This document shows positions 27,293-36,082 of a DNA stretch of 64,000 nt, piece after piece. The position numbers were made by a program, and so were the translations under genes. The DNA is from Patescibacteria group bacterium (lineage in GTDB: Bacteria; Patescibacteriota; Patescibacteriia; Patescibacteriales; UBA12465), in the NCBI GenBank assembly GCA_041665845.1, contig JBAYIC010000001.1:73531-137530 (forward strand), in the 5' to 3' direction. Within the stretch, counting starts at the first letter, position 1. Each line of letters opens with the position of its first letter. Under the pieces are notes generated by a model, which searched no databases, was not told the origin of the DNA, and saw only the letters and a program-made list of their open reading frames with translations.

Positions 27293-29845
27293 TTATTGAC
27301 AGCTATCGCATTGCGCTCTTTCTTGAGGATCAATGGGGCAGGCTTTATAGTCATTTTTAGCTTCAGTCTCTTCATTTTGCATTGGCGCAGTCGCTTCAAC
27401 TTTAACGGAAACGGCGACGGCTCCAAAACCGGACCGACTAACAGCACCAAAACCAGCTTTCCCAATCGCAGTTGATTTATTAATAGCGAGCGTACTTTGT
27501 TCAGCGCTATGACGTGGCTTCATGTGTAAATAATAAGTAGTCTTTAATCCCCTCTCCCAAGCATCAACATAAACTTTCATTACATTATCTATGTCTCTTG
27601 ATTCTAAATACATATTACGGCTAATCGCTTGATCAACCCATTTTTGCGCACGAGAAGCAACTTCCACAAAGGCTTGCGGATCGACCGAAAAAGAATCTTT
27701 ATAAACGAGTTTTATCTCAGCTGGAATATAATCAAGATCACTAATATCGCCATATGATGCTAAAATATCATCTTTAGCCTTTTCCCATAATCCAAGCTCT
27801 TTTAGTTTGGTTACTAAATTAATATTTAGTTCCATGTGCTTACCACCCAAGGTGTTGCGGCTAAAAATTTGGGCAAAACGCGGATCAATTCCGGTTGAAG
27901 TTCCGGCGACCAATCCGATATTAGCAGTTGGAGCAATAGCCATTAGAGTTGAATTACGCATACCAATTTTTACTTTAGCGCGTAAATTATTCCAATCAAG
28001 ACTAAAAGATTTATTAATTAAGGCTACGCCATCATTATTTGCTCCAGCCGTACGATTATCTTCCAAAATTTTAATGGTATCGAGTGGAACAAGACCCTTT
28101 GACCACAAAGAGCCAGGAAAATTATCGTAAGTCCCTCTCTCTTTTGCTAAATTTGTACTTTCATCTATTGCTTGATAGCTAATGAATTCCATCACCTTAT
28201 CAGTTAATTCATAAGCAGCGACTGAATCATAAGCAATATCAAATCTTTCAAATAAATCAGCTAACCCCATCACACCAAGACCAATTGCTCGATTGTGAGT
28301 ATCAAAATTTCTTGCCTCTTCAATCGGCGGTTCATTAATATCAACTAAGTTATCAAGCTGACGAACAGCAAGACGAACACTCTTGTTAAGTTCTTCCCAA
28401 TTAATTTCTATTCTAGTTGAAACGCCCGAATCATCTGCGCCTTCTTTAAGATGTCTAACTAAATTTATAGAAGCTAAATTACAAACCGCAACATTATCTT
28501 TATTGGTCGGCAAAGTTATTTCGGTACATAAATTAGAGCCATAAATTGTTCCGGTATTATTATTTAAAGCCCGAACATTAATAGCATCTTTAAAAGTTAT
28601 CCAAGGATGCGCGGCCGCTTGGAGAGATACTATAATCTGACGAAATTGATCAAGCGCTTTAATTTTTTTATAAGCCTTTAATTCACCGGACTCGGCCATA
28701 GCACAATATTCTTGATAACGACTACTAAAAGCTTCGCCATACAAATCAACTAAATCAGCCGTATCTTTAGGATCAAATAAATACCAATAATCATCGGCCT
28801 TTACTCGTTTCATAAATTCATCAGAAATATAGACAGCGGTATTAGCAGTTCTCGTACGACGATAATCATCACCAGCGTTTTGTTTTAAGTCTAAATATTC
28901 TTGAAAATCAAAATGCCAATTTTCCATATAAAAACAGAGGGCGCCCATTTTTTTTCCGGCTCGAGAAATTGCACGAATTGCTGAATCAATAATATGTAAA
29001 AATGGAATTGGTCCAGAAGAAAAAGTATTGTTAGTTGAAATTGGCGAACCGCTTGCTCGTAATTTAGTAACTGCTAAACCTATTCCACCAGTTGCTTTAG
29101 ATAATTTTAAAACATCAGAGACGGTTTTTCCGATATGGTCAACGTTATCTTCCATTTCCATAATAAAGCAATTGCTTAAGCGTGGCTTCAAAGCACCAGC
29201 GTTAACATTGGTTGAACCACCGGGAATATAATATAGTTGCGACATCCTGTCATAGAATTCACCGGCTACTTCATTTAAATTCTTTTCGTTCCAGGCAAGG
29301 CCCATCGCTAAACGCAACCAAAAATATTGCGGCGTTTCCATTAATTTTTGCTTATCATCACGCATCATATAGCGACGAGACAGGGTTTCCAGCCCAGCGT
29401 AGGTAAATAAATCATCTCTTTCCGGCTTAATTAATTCCGATAAGTTGTTCCAATCAAAAATTTCTAATTTTGGTGAAAGCCAACCTTTCTCAATTCCCGC
29501 TTTTAGCTCTTTTCCCCAAGCAGATTTATATATCTCTAAAAAATTTGCATCGCTAGAACTAACGCCCAATGCTTCAAGATAAATTAATTCTAAAAGTAAG
29601 CCAGCGGCTAATTTGTCATAAGCCGGGTCGTCTTTAATATGTTGAGCGGCAGATTGCATAAGGGCTCGGTCAACTTCCTGTTCAGGCATATTTTCATAAA
29701 GAGTAGAAAATGTTTCCTCAGCAACGGCTTTAATACTCTCGCCTGGTAGGCCTGATTTTTTCCCGGCGGAAATTAATTTTTTTTCTAAATCAGAAGTAGA
29801 AATTTCTTTGATTTCACCACTGTATAGAGTGATTCGTTTAGACAT
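27293..29845 (-). CDS. nrdA: ribonucleotide reductase large (alpha) subunit, class I
   Basis: 850 aa; active-site loop YGSNLCTEITLP, the ten-stranded barrel region, and a C-terminal redox cysteine pair CDSCQ. Confidence 0.9.
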   Translation of the reverse strand: MSKRITLYSGEIKEISTSDLEKKLISAGKKSGLPGESIKAVAEETFSTLYENMPEQEVDRALMQSAAQHIKDDPAYDKLAAGLLLELIYLEALGVSSSDANFLEIYKSAWGKELKAGIEKGWLSPKLEIFDWNNLSELIKPERDDLFTYAGLETLSRRYMMRDDKQKLMETPQYFWLRLAMGLAWNEKNLNEVAGEFYDRMSQLYYIPGGSTNVNAGALKPRLSNCFIMEMEDNVDHIGKTVSDVLKLSKATGGIGLAVTKLRASGSPISTNNTFSSGPIPFLHIIDSAIRAISRAGKKMGALCFYMENWHFDFQEYLDLKQNAGDDYRRTRTANTAVYISDEFMKRVKADDYWYLFDPKDTADLVDLYGEAFSSRYQEYCAMAESGELKAYKKIKALDQFRQIIVSLQAAAHPWITFKDAINVRALNNNTGTIYGSNLCTEITLPTNKDNVAVCNLASINLVRHLKEGADDSGVSTRIEINWEELNKSVRLAVRQLDNLVDINEPPIEEARNFDTHNRAIGLGVMGLADLFERFDIAYDSVAAYELTDKVMEFISYQAIDESTNLAKERGTYDNFPGSLWSKGLVPLDTIKILEDNRTAGANNDGVALINKSFSLDWNNLRAKVKIGMRNSTLMAIAPTANIGLVAGTSTGIDPRFAQIFSRNTLGGKHMELNINLVTKLKELGLWEKAKDDILASYGDISDLDYIPAEIKLVYKDSFSVDPQAFVEVASRAQKWVDQAISRNMYLESRDIDNVMKVYVDAWERGLKTTYYLHMKPRHSAEQSTLAINKSTAIGKAGFGAVSRSGFGAVAVSVKVEATAPMQNEETEAKNDYKACPIDPQERAQCDSCQ

Positions 29846-29913
29846 AATTTTATAGTCATCTTAGTTTTTTAATATCCGATGTTTTAGCTTATGTAGTGGT
29901 CGGAGTACTATTT

Positions 29914-29942
29914 ATTATACTATATATTGTGTACAGCGACAA
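29914..29942 (-). promoter_or_regulatory. candidate nrdAB promoter
   Basis: On the minus strand: TTGTCG (29942..29937), 17-nt spacer, TATAAT (29919..29914), about 70 nt upstream of the nrdA ATG. Confidence 0.55.
29917..29932 (-). promoter_or_regulatory. NrdR-box-like operator
   Basis: The minus-strand sequence ACACAATATATAGTAT matches the published 16-bp NrdR consensus acaCwAtATaTwGtgt at 15 of 16 positions. It overlaps the spacer and -10 of the candidate promoter. A degenerate second box (29885..29900) has its centre 32 bp away. Confidence 0.55.
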
Positions 29943-29957
29943 GAGCCAAAAACCCTA

Positions 29958-29985
29958 ATAAAAAAGCCCCTTCCGTAAAAGGGGC
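29958..29985 (-). terminator. intrinsic terminator after the purM-like gene
   Basis: On the minus strand: GCCCCTTttacggAAGGGGC followed by TTTTTTATT. Confidence 0.8.
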
Positions 29986-30017
29986 CTCTTATCAAACCAA
30001 TAATGTTTTTAAAATGT

Positions 30018-31208
30018 TCAGTAATGAAAATCTCCATAAGGAGTTTGCAAAATCACTTCATTCCCCGGTTTAGCTCCGGAGGAAGAAATTACTTTGCCAA
30101 GCTGTTTGAAATTTATACCGCAACTATCGGTTGCGATTTCGATTGCTTGTCTTAAAATAGGATTATTTTCTCCTACTATATCAATCCCTACCCCGCAATT
30201 AAAATCGCGATACATATCCTCCCAAATTTCACCTGATTCTTGTTGAATCAATTGAAAAATTGGTGGAGGAGTAGGCATTCTTTTAATGTAACAGACATTG
30301 TTCCCGACATGTGAAATCTTTGTAACGCCACCCCCAGTATTCATGGATATTCCATGAAGCATGTGCAAAGCATCTTTTGCTTTCAGCTCGACAATTATTT
30401 CACGAATAATGAAAGCCCATTGGCGGGTTGGTGATAAAATAGCTTCGCCGACCGACATACCGCCAAGAATATCAGGACAATCGTTAGGTTGAAAACGACC
30501 TTTAAAAAACTCACCGTCTCTTTTCAGGGTCGGATATTTTTCATCAAAGGATTTATCCATTAAACAACTGCGACTTAAAGTTAACCCGTTAGACATAATC
30601 CCTGAATTTCTATGTGTTTCCCAAATTGCTCGACCATCGCTTAGTAAGCCAAAAATGATATCTCCTGGTTTTACGTTGCCAGTCACAACTTCAAACTTTT
30701 TAGCCCAGGCCATAATAGCGATGTCAAAAACTCCGGAACGAACTTGATCGCGTAAGTCAGCTGTTTCACCACCAAGAAATTTGATGTCAAAACCACGCTG
30801 ATAATACAAATCAATTAAATAAGTAAAACGACGAGAAACAGCGCGTAAAATTACTTCTTTTAATTCCCCATCCAGGTTTAAATTGAGAACATCGGACATC
30901 AGCCATGGCCCGAAAACAAATCCGGAAGCAGAAATATCGCCGGCATTCATAGACAGGGCATCATCAACCATCCCTTCAAAAACGGTATCGTCTCCAAATT
31001 CATAGTAATGCAATAAGCGCTGAATAAATTTTGAGCCATCGCCATCTTGATGCTGGGTAACAACTCTTCTTTTGTTAGTTGGGTCGGTAATAATGTTAAC
31101 AAAGGCCCAAGGATATTCATTATTAATGATATCTTTAAAACTTTGTCGAACAATTGTTTTTTCAGGGTCAACGCCAAGGCGTTCATACATACTTTTTCTG
31201 GTAGTCAT
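30018..31208 (-). CDS. purM: AIR synthase (PurM), long ~390-aa form
   Basis: 396 aa; YERLGVDPEK N-terminus, DALSMNAGDISASG, FLGGETADL and NTGGGVTK are PurM/AIR-synthase-related motifs. It resembles the long form I recall from Bacteroidota. Confidence 0.7.
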   Translation of the reverse strand: MTTRKSMYERLGVDPEKTIVRQSFKDIINNEYPWAFVNIITDPTNKRRVVTQHQDGDGSKFIQRLLHYYEFGDDTVFEGMVDDALSMNAGDISASGFVFGPWLMSDVLNLNLDGELKEVILRAVSRRFTYLIDLYYQRGFDIKFLGGETADLRDQVRSGVFDIAIMAWAKKFEVVTGNVKPGDIIFGLLSDGRAIWETHRNSGIMSNGLTLSRSCLMDKSFDEKYPTLKRDGEFFKGRFQPNDCPDILGGMSVGEAILSPTRQWAFIIREIIVELKAKDALHMLHGISMNTGGGVTKISHVGNNVCYIKRMPTPPPIFQLIQQESGEIWEDMYRDFNCGVGIDIVGENNPILRQAIEIATDSCGINFKQLGKVISSSGAKPGNEVILQTPYGDFHY

Positions 31209-31323
31209 GTTGCACGATTTTTTTTGGTTAGTACTTGAAAAAAAATTTTAGTTTTTAAATAACAAAAAGTAATAGTAACATCAATTACCTTTTATTGTCA
31301 AATTAGCATAAACTAGCAAAATT

Positions 31324-31352
31324 TTGACATTTATTTGCTTTTATATTAATAT
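31324..31352 (+). promoter_or_regulatory. candidate purC promoter
   Basis: TTGACA (31324..31329), 17-nt spacer, TAATAT (31347..31352). Confidence 0.55.
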
Positions 31353-31362
31353 CTCTTGATAC

Positions 31363-31377
31363 TAAAATTATAGTATT
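31363..31377 (+). repeat. 15-nt exact repeat taaaattatagtatt, copy B
   Basis: Identical to 24176..24190. It ends 56 nt before the purC ATG. Confidence 0.9.
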
Positions 31378-31433
31378 CAGAGTTAATTTTCGGGGCTAAT
31401 AACCCTACAATCGTTCATTAAAAACAATTTATT

Positions 31434-32516
31434 ATGCAAAAAATTCCTGTAGAACTCCAAAACGATTGGCTTAGCCAATATCTTTTAAGTATGGGGCTAA
31501 TTAGGCTTTCCCAAGGAAAAGTACGCGACACTTGGTCGCTACGCAACCTCTTAGGACATGACAAATTCTTACTGGTTGTCGCTAGCGACAGAATTAGTAT
31601 CTTTGATTATGTATTGAAAGCTCTTGTTCCCCTAAAAGGCGTATCACTTACCGTCTTGACTCATTTTTGGTTGACGGAAGTCTTAAAGGACTTTCCTCAT
31701 CATCTAATTCCGTCCAAAATGAATAAGCAATTTAATTTCGCTTATGATTTAAGAATGGGGTATCTCTCAAAGCTACCAATCGAACGCTGTTTGGTGGTAG
31801 AAAATCTTTCCGGTCAGATGTATCCGGCAGAACTTATTTTCCGTGGTCATGTTGGCGGCTCGATCTGGCCTGGTTATTTAGAGAATGGAATCGTTGCCGG
31901 GCAACAACTACCTCTTGGCTTACAGAAATGGTCTAAATTAGACGAACCAATTTTTACACCTTCCACTAAAGCCGAATTTGGCAACGACATCAACAAAGAT
32001 GTCGACTATTTCTATAATCAGATGAAAAATTTAGGTAAGGAAGACGAAGCTCGTCAAATGGTTAAAGATTTAAAGAGGGCCTATGAAATCGCTTATGCCT
32101 ATGCGCAAAAAAAAGGTATCATAATTTTGGATACCAAGTTTGAAGTTGGAGGTAAATTGGCTGATGAAATCCTTACTCCTGACTCTTCGCGATTTGCCGA
32201 AGAAGAAGATTGGAAACTTGCCATGGAAAAAGGTCGAGATCCAAAATTCTTGGACAAACAGCCGGTACGTGATTGGGGCGCAACTGTCCTTACTCCCTTC
32301 CTTGATGATAATTGTCAACCAATAATTGGTATCAACAAGTTAAAATCCGAGAATCCAGAGTACGAACAATACATTGAGTTTGTTCAAAATCTGGAAATAC
32401 CTGATTGGGTAATTTCAGAGGCCGCAGAAAGATACCCGAGAATCTGTAAAATGATTACCGGCTACGACCTGGATGATTATTTGAAAAATTGCATGGGAGC
32501 CGAACTTCGTGCTTAA
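31434..32516 (+). CDS. purC: SAICAR synthetase (PurC), long form
   Basis: 360 aa; GKVRDTW, LLVVASDRISIFDYVL and IILDTKFEVG are PurC motifs. Confidence 0.85.
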   Translation: MQKIPVELQNDWLSQYLLSMGLIRLSQGKVRDTWSLRNLLGHDKFLLVVASDRISIFDYVLKALVPLKGVSLTVLTHFWLTEVLKDFPHHLIPSKMNKQFNFAYDLRMGYLSKLPIERCLVVENLSGQMYPAELIFRGHVGGSIWPGYLENGIVAGQQLPLGLQKWSKLDEPIFTPSTKAEFGNDINKDVDYFYNQMKNLGKEDEARQMVKDLKRAYEIAYAYAQKKGIIILDTKFEVGGKLADEILTPDSSRFAEEEDWKLAMEKGRDPKFLDKQPVRDWGATVLTPFLDDNCQPIIGINKLKSENPEYEQYIEFVQNLEIPDWVISEAAERYPRICKMITGYDLDDYLKNCMGAELRA

Positions 32517-32537
32517 ATTTAAACCTAAATTTGTAAA

Positions 32538-33071
32538 ATGAAAAGAAAAATGGCAATTATCGTCGGATCGATAAGTGATTTATCGCAATCCGATAAGGGA
32601 TTTAAATTCCTCAACACCGTCCAAGACAAAGTTGATGTAATCGGTGTATACGTTAGGAGCCAACATCGCAACACTCTTGATGTCCAAAAACTATTGAAGG
32701 AATTAGTCCAGAAAAAAGTTGATGTTATTATTATGGGCGCTGGTTGGGCCAACCACTTAACCGGTTGTGGCGATGCATTTTTAAGATACACTTTACTCGA
32801 TGATAGAATTGTCGTGATCGGTGTCGCGTTTGAGGATGCGGGAAATCCAATGCACACCGAAGCGGCATTACTCTCTATCACCGAAGTCCCGGGGACTCAG
32901 GTGGTTTTTCAAAACGAAAATGGACCTTTTAAAGGCCGCGAAGGTTTTTTTCAAGCATGCAAAGTAGCGACTGAAAAAGAGCTGCCGAAAATAAAACTTC
33001 CTGAACCTAAACCCACAAGGGACTTAAGTCTGCAGGAAGCGTTGGAAGTAGCCTCAGCACTGAACAGTTAA
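32538..33071 (+). CDS. purE: PurE-like (AIR carboxylase/N5-CAIR mutase family), divergent
   Basis: 177 aa; MAIIVGSISD, VRSQHRNT (cf. SAHRTP) and IIMGAGWANHLTG (cf. AGGAAHLPG). The motifs are divergent and no purK is adjacent. Confidence 0.6.
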   Translation: MKRKMAIIVGSISDLSQSDKGFKFLNTVQDKVDVIGVYVRSQHRNTLDVQKLLKELVQKKVDVIIMGAGWANHLTGCGDAFLRYTLLDDRIVVIGVAFEDAGNPMHTEAALLSITEVPGTQVVFQNENGPFKGREGFFQACKVATEKELPKIKLPEPKPTRDLSLQEALEVASALNS

Positions 33072-33079
33072 ACCTAACA

Positions 33080-33110
33080 AAAAAGGATTGCCTTACCAGC
33101 AATCCTTTTT
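33080..33110. terminator. bidirectional intrinsic terminator
   Basis: aaaaaGGATTGCcttaccaGCAATCCttttt between convergent purE-like and flavoprotein genes. Confidence 0.8.
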
Positions 33111-33132
33111 AAATTCCAAATATGTTATGTCG

Positions 33133-34359
33133 CTAAATAGAATCTCCCGCGACCCAACCGGTACTCCAAGCGGACTGGAGATTATAACCGCCAGTCGGCC
33201 CAGCGATATCAAGCACTTCACCCGCTAGAAATAAGTTAGAAATTATTTTTGAACGCATCGTTTTAGAATCAACTTCTTTCAAATCAACACCGCCTACAGT
33301 AACCATCGCTCTATCAAAACCTTCAATCGATTTAACTTGTAAACTAATTAGTTTCATTACCTCGACTAATTTCTTGCGCTCTTCCCGGCTAATTGAATTA
33401 GACATCCGTTCAACTTTCAGTCCAGCTAAAATTAAAATTGTCTCCGCTAAACGCGCGGGTAAAAATTCTTCTAAACTATTTTTTAAAAATTTATTACTAG
33501 TTGATATAATACTTAATAATTTTTTATCCAATTCCTCCTTCAAATATTCCGGTTGTAAATCTATTTCTAATCTATAATTAGAAGCAAATTTAAAATCAAC
33601 AAAACGACTAATATTTATCGCCGCCGGTCCGCTAAGTCCAGTTGCGGTAAAAATAATCGCTCCCTGCTCCTTGGCGACTTTTTTATTTTTCAAGTATAAA
33701 TTCAAAACAACATTTTCTAAGCTTAAACCTTCTAAATCATAAACAAATTTTTCTTTCGTTGAAATACGAGTAAGCGCCGGACGTAAAGGTTTAATGGTAT
33801 GCCCAAGCTTTTCAAGGAGCAAATGACCATCGCCGCTTGAACCGGTTCCCGGATATGATAAACCACCCGTTGCAATTAAAAAGTTATCAGCTAAAATTTC
33901 TTCTCCACTAAGTAGAACCGCCTTCTCTATTTTATTATTTTTTAGAGTTAAATCGCTAACTGGACTAGATTTTTGAATTACCCCGCCCTTCTCTTTAATC
34001 CCATCAACTAAAACATTTAAAATATCATTTGCTATGTCGCTAACGGGAAAAACTTTATTATCATTTTCAGTTTTTAATTTTACATTGCGGCTCTCAAAAA
34101 AGTCTATCGTTTCTAAAACGCCAAAGCGGCTAAAAGCCGAGAGTAAAAATGAACTAGCTGCTCCGAAATTGGTAGCCATTAAACGATAATCAGGAATATT
34201 GTTAGTAACATTACAACGTCCGCCCCCGGTTATGAGTAGTTTTACCCCCAAGCGCGGGTTCTTCTCAATTACAATAACTTTATGGCCTAGCTCACTAGCT
34301 CTATGTGCGGCCATCAGTCCGGAGGCACCGCCGCCAATAACTGCTAAATCGTATTTCAT
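33133..34359 (-). CDS. HI0933/BaiN-like NAD(FAD)-utilising flavoprotein
   Basis: 408 aa; dinucleotide motif YDLAVIGGGASGLMAA, GGGRCNVTN, and the C-terminal GEVLDIAGPTGGYNLQ. Confidence 0.8.
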   Translation of the reverse strand: MKYDLAVIGGGASGLMAAHRASELGHKVIVIEKNPRLGVKLLITGGGRCNVTNNIPDYRLMATNFGAASSFLLSAFSRFGVLETIDFFESRNVKLKTENDNKVFPVSDIANDILNVLVDGIKEKGGVIQKSSPVSDLTLKNNKIEKAVLLSGEEILADNFLIATGGLSYPGTGSSGDGHLLLEKLGHTIKPLRPALTRISTKEKFVYDLEGLSLENVVLNLYLKNKKVAKEQGAIIFTATGLSGPAAINISRFVDFKFASNYRLEIDLQPEYLKEELDKKLLSIISTSNKFLKNSLEEFLPARLAETILILAGLKVERMSNSISREERKKLVEVMKLISLQVKSIEGFDRAMVTVGGVDLKEVDSKTMRSKIISNLFLAGEVLDIAGPTGGYNLQSAWSTGWVAGDSI

Positions 34360-34364
34360 AAAAA

Positions 34365-35657
34365 CTAATAAGCGTTCATTTCTAAACTAGCTAAATCTTT
34401 TTTAATCGCTTCAACTAAAAGTTCCGGATTAGCAAATTTTTCCAATTCTCTAATTTTTCCTAAAATCTCTATTCTTAATTCTTCGCCATAAATATCACTA
34501 GAAAAATCTTTAATTAAAATCTCTAAAGATACTTCTTCTCGAAAAACATCCTTAAAACCGAAATGCATCAAACCTAAATAATTTTTACCATCAAAATTAA
34601 CTTTTACTGCGTAAACGCCATGAGCAATATCTAAATCGACTTTATCTAAATTAGCTGTCGGATAACCTAATAATTTCCCCTTACCTTGGCCATGAATAAC
34701 TCGGCCCGTGAAAGTTATTTTTTTCAAACGTCCAAGAACAGAAATTTTATAAAAAGCGAATAAAAGAATTCCTAAGGCAATAAGTTGTAATAAGTTAAGA
34801 TAATTATGGTTAAAAACATAATCTAAAACTAGAGCGGAAAATGGCCAAAATAATTCCAAGACTGTTGCGGCTGAAGCGGGAACGCGACGTAAACCAAAAT
34901 AATAAACAAACATCGAACCGGCTCCTGAAGTCAAAACAATTATACCGAGTAGTCCCCATTGTTCAGGACTAACAACGCCAAAATTTTTAAATGGTACAGT
35001 AATCGCTATTAAAATAAGTGCTAAAATCGAAGTTAAGCCGAAACGTAAAGCGGCTACCGCTTTGTAATCAAGGTGGTTAGAAATGCGCTTACCAAAGACC
35101 GTTGAAGAACCAAAAGCAAAAGCGGCAATAAAAGCAAATAAAGCCCCACTATGTGTCCAATTAACTCCCGAGAGATCTAAACCAGTTTTTGCAAAAGCAA
35201 TAAAATAACTAGCGACAATAGCAATCAAAGCCCATCGATAAAATCTCTTATCTAATTTTTCTTTTAGAATAAGACGCGCGAGTAACAAAGCAAAGATTGG
35301 TTGCAATTTTTGCAAGATAACTACAGTCGCAAAACTAACTTCCCCGTCCATCGCTGAAAAAAAGGCTTTAGTAATAAAAATAGTTCCAATCAAACCGCCG
35401 AATACACTAATCCAACCCAAGGCCAGCCAACTTTTAGTACTTAGCGATTTAATCTTATGCCAAGATAAAAAAATAAACGGACTCAAAATTACAAAGCCAA
35501 GAACATGCTCTAGAAAGACGACTAACTCAGCCGGAAGAACATAAAATTTTGGCCGAATAAATAAGCCATCAATACTCCAAAATAAAGCCGCTAACATAAT
35601 TGCTAACGAGCCGATAATTTGTCCTGGCTTTAAACCAAATTTATTATTAGTAAACAT
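34365..35657 (-). CDS. fusion: EamA/DMT-type 10-TM transporter + riboflavin kinase domain
   Basis: 430 aa. Residues ~1-300 are two EamA-like 5-TM halves. The C-terminal ~125 aa carry flavokinase motifs FTGRVIHGQGKGKLLGYPTANL, HGVYAVKV, LEILIKDFSSDIYGEEL and IRELEKF. Confidence 0.75.
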   Translation of the reverse strand: MFTNNKFGLKPGQIIGSLAIMLAALFWSIDGLFIRPKFYVLPAELVVFLEHVLGFVILSPFIFLSWHKIKSLSTKSWLALGWISVFGGLIGTIFITKAFFSAMDGEVSFATVVILQKLQPIFALLLARLILKEKLDKRFYRWALIAIVASYFIAFAKTGLDLSGVNWTHSGALFAFIAAFAFGSSTVFGKRISNHLDYKAVAALRFGLTSILALILIAITVPFKNFGVVSPEQWGLLGIIVLTSGAGSMFVYYFGLRRVPASAATVLELFWPFSALVLDYVFNHNYLNLLQLIALGILLFAFYKISVLGRLKKITFTGRVIHGQGKGKLLGYPTANLDKVDLDIAHGVYAVKVNFDGKNYLGLMHFGFKDVFREEVSLEILIKDFSSDIYGEELRIEILGKIRELEKFANPELLVEAIKKDLASLEMNAY

Positions 35658-35660
35658 ACA

Positions 35661-35957
35661 TTACCTTTTAAATAAAAATAAATATAAAAAATATATAAAT
35701 GCCGCATTTTCTATCATTAAAAGCGGAATACCAAGTAAAAAATACCATTTCCTCGTTTTATGCCTAAACGCAAACATTCCAACATAAACACCCAAGCTAC
35801 CAAAAGCTGTTGCTAAGAAGAATAGCATCCCTTCCGAAATACGAGAAGACCCTAACTTAGTTGATTTTATTTTATCGCTCAACATGATAAAAAAGGCAAT
35901 CAGATTAACAGCGAGAAAAAAACCGAGAAAATATAATAATTGGCTATCAATAGACAT
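35661..35957 (-). CDS. DUF1294-family small membrane protein
   Basis: 98 aa, 3 TM helices, with the characteristic FRHKTRKWYF motif. Confidence 0.7.
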   Translation of the reverse strand: MSIDSQLLYFLGFFLAVNLIAFFIMLSDKIKSTKLGSSRISEGMLFFLATAFGSLGVYVGMFAFRHKTRKWYFLLGIPLLMIENAAFIYFLYLFLFKR

Positions 35958-36082
35958 AAACCTGTTTATTTTTGCGGGATTTAAATTCTAAATTACACTT
36001 TAGCATTAAATTAACAAAAAATACATAATTTAGGCAACAAATATTGCCTTAAAGCCTATCTTAGCCTATGATATGGCTAGAT

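Noticed and set aside
27268-27465. Long N-terminal extension of the nrdB ORF (MGKLVLVLLVGPVLEPSPF...)
   Set aside because: It overlaps the 3' end of nrdA in another frame and has no R2 homology. Conserved R2 sequence begins near MNLRPIKYQW, so an internal ATG (27267 or 27237) is used.
31209-31433. Purine or ZTP riboswitch upstream of purC/purM (I also checked 43777..43935 upstream of purL)
   Set aside because: I could not find the conserved cores: neither the purine-riboswitch junction motifs nor the ZTP GGGUCG...CCGCCUGGGC pseudoknot. The regions are AT-rich with only promoter-like elements. A covariance-model scan (Rfam/Infernal) would settle it.
32525-32881. 118-aa minus-strand ORF inside purE
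   Set aside because: It is antisense to a gene with PurE-family motifs, and its Ser/Thr/Trp-rich translation has no recognisable features.
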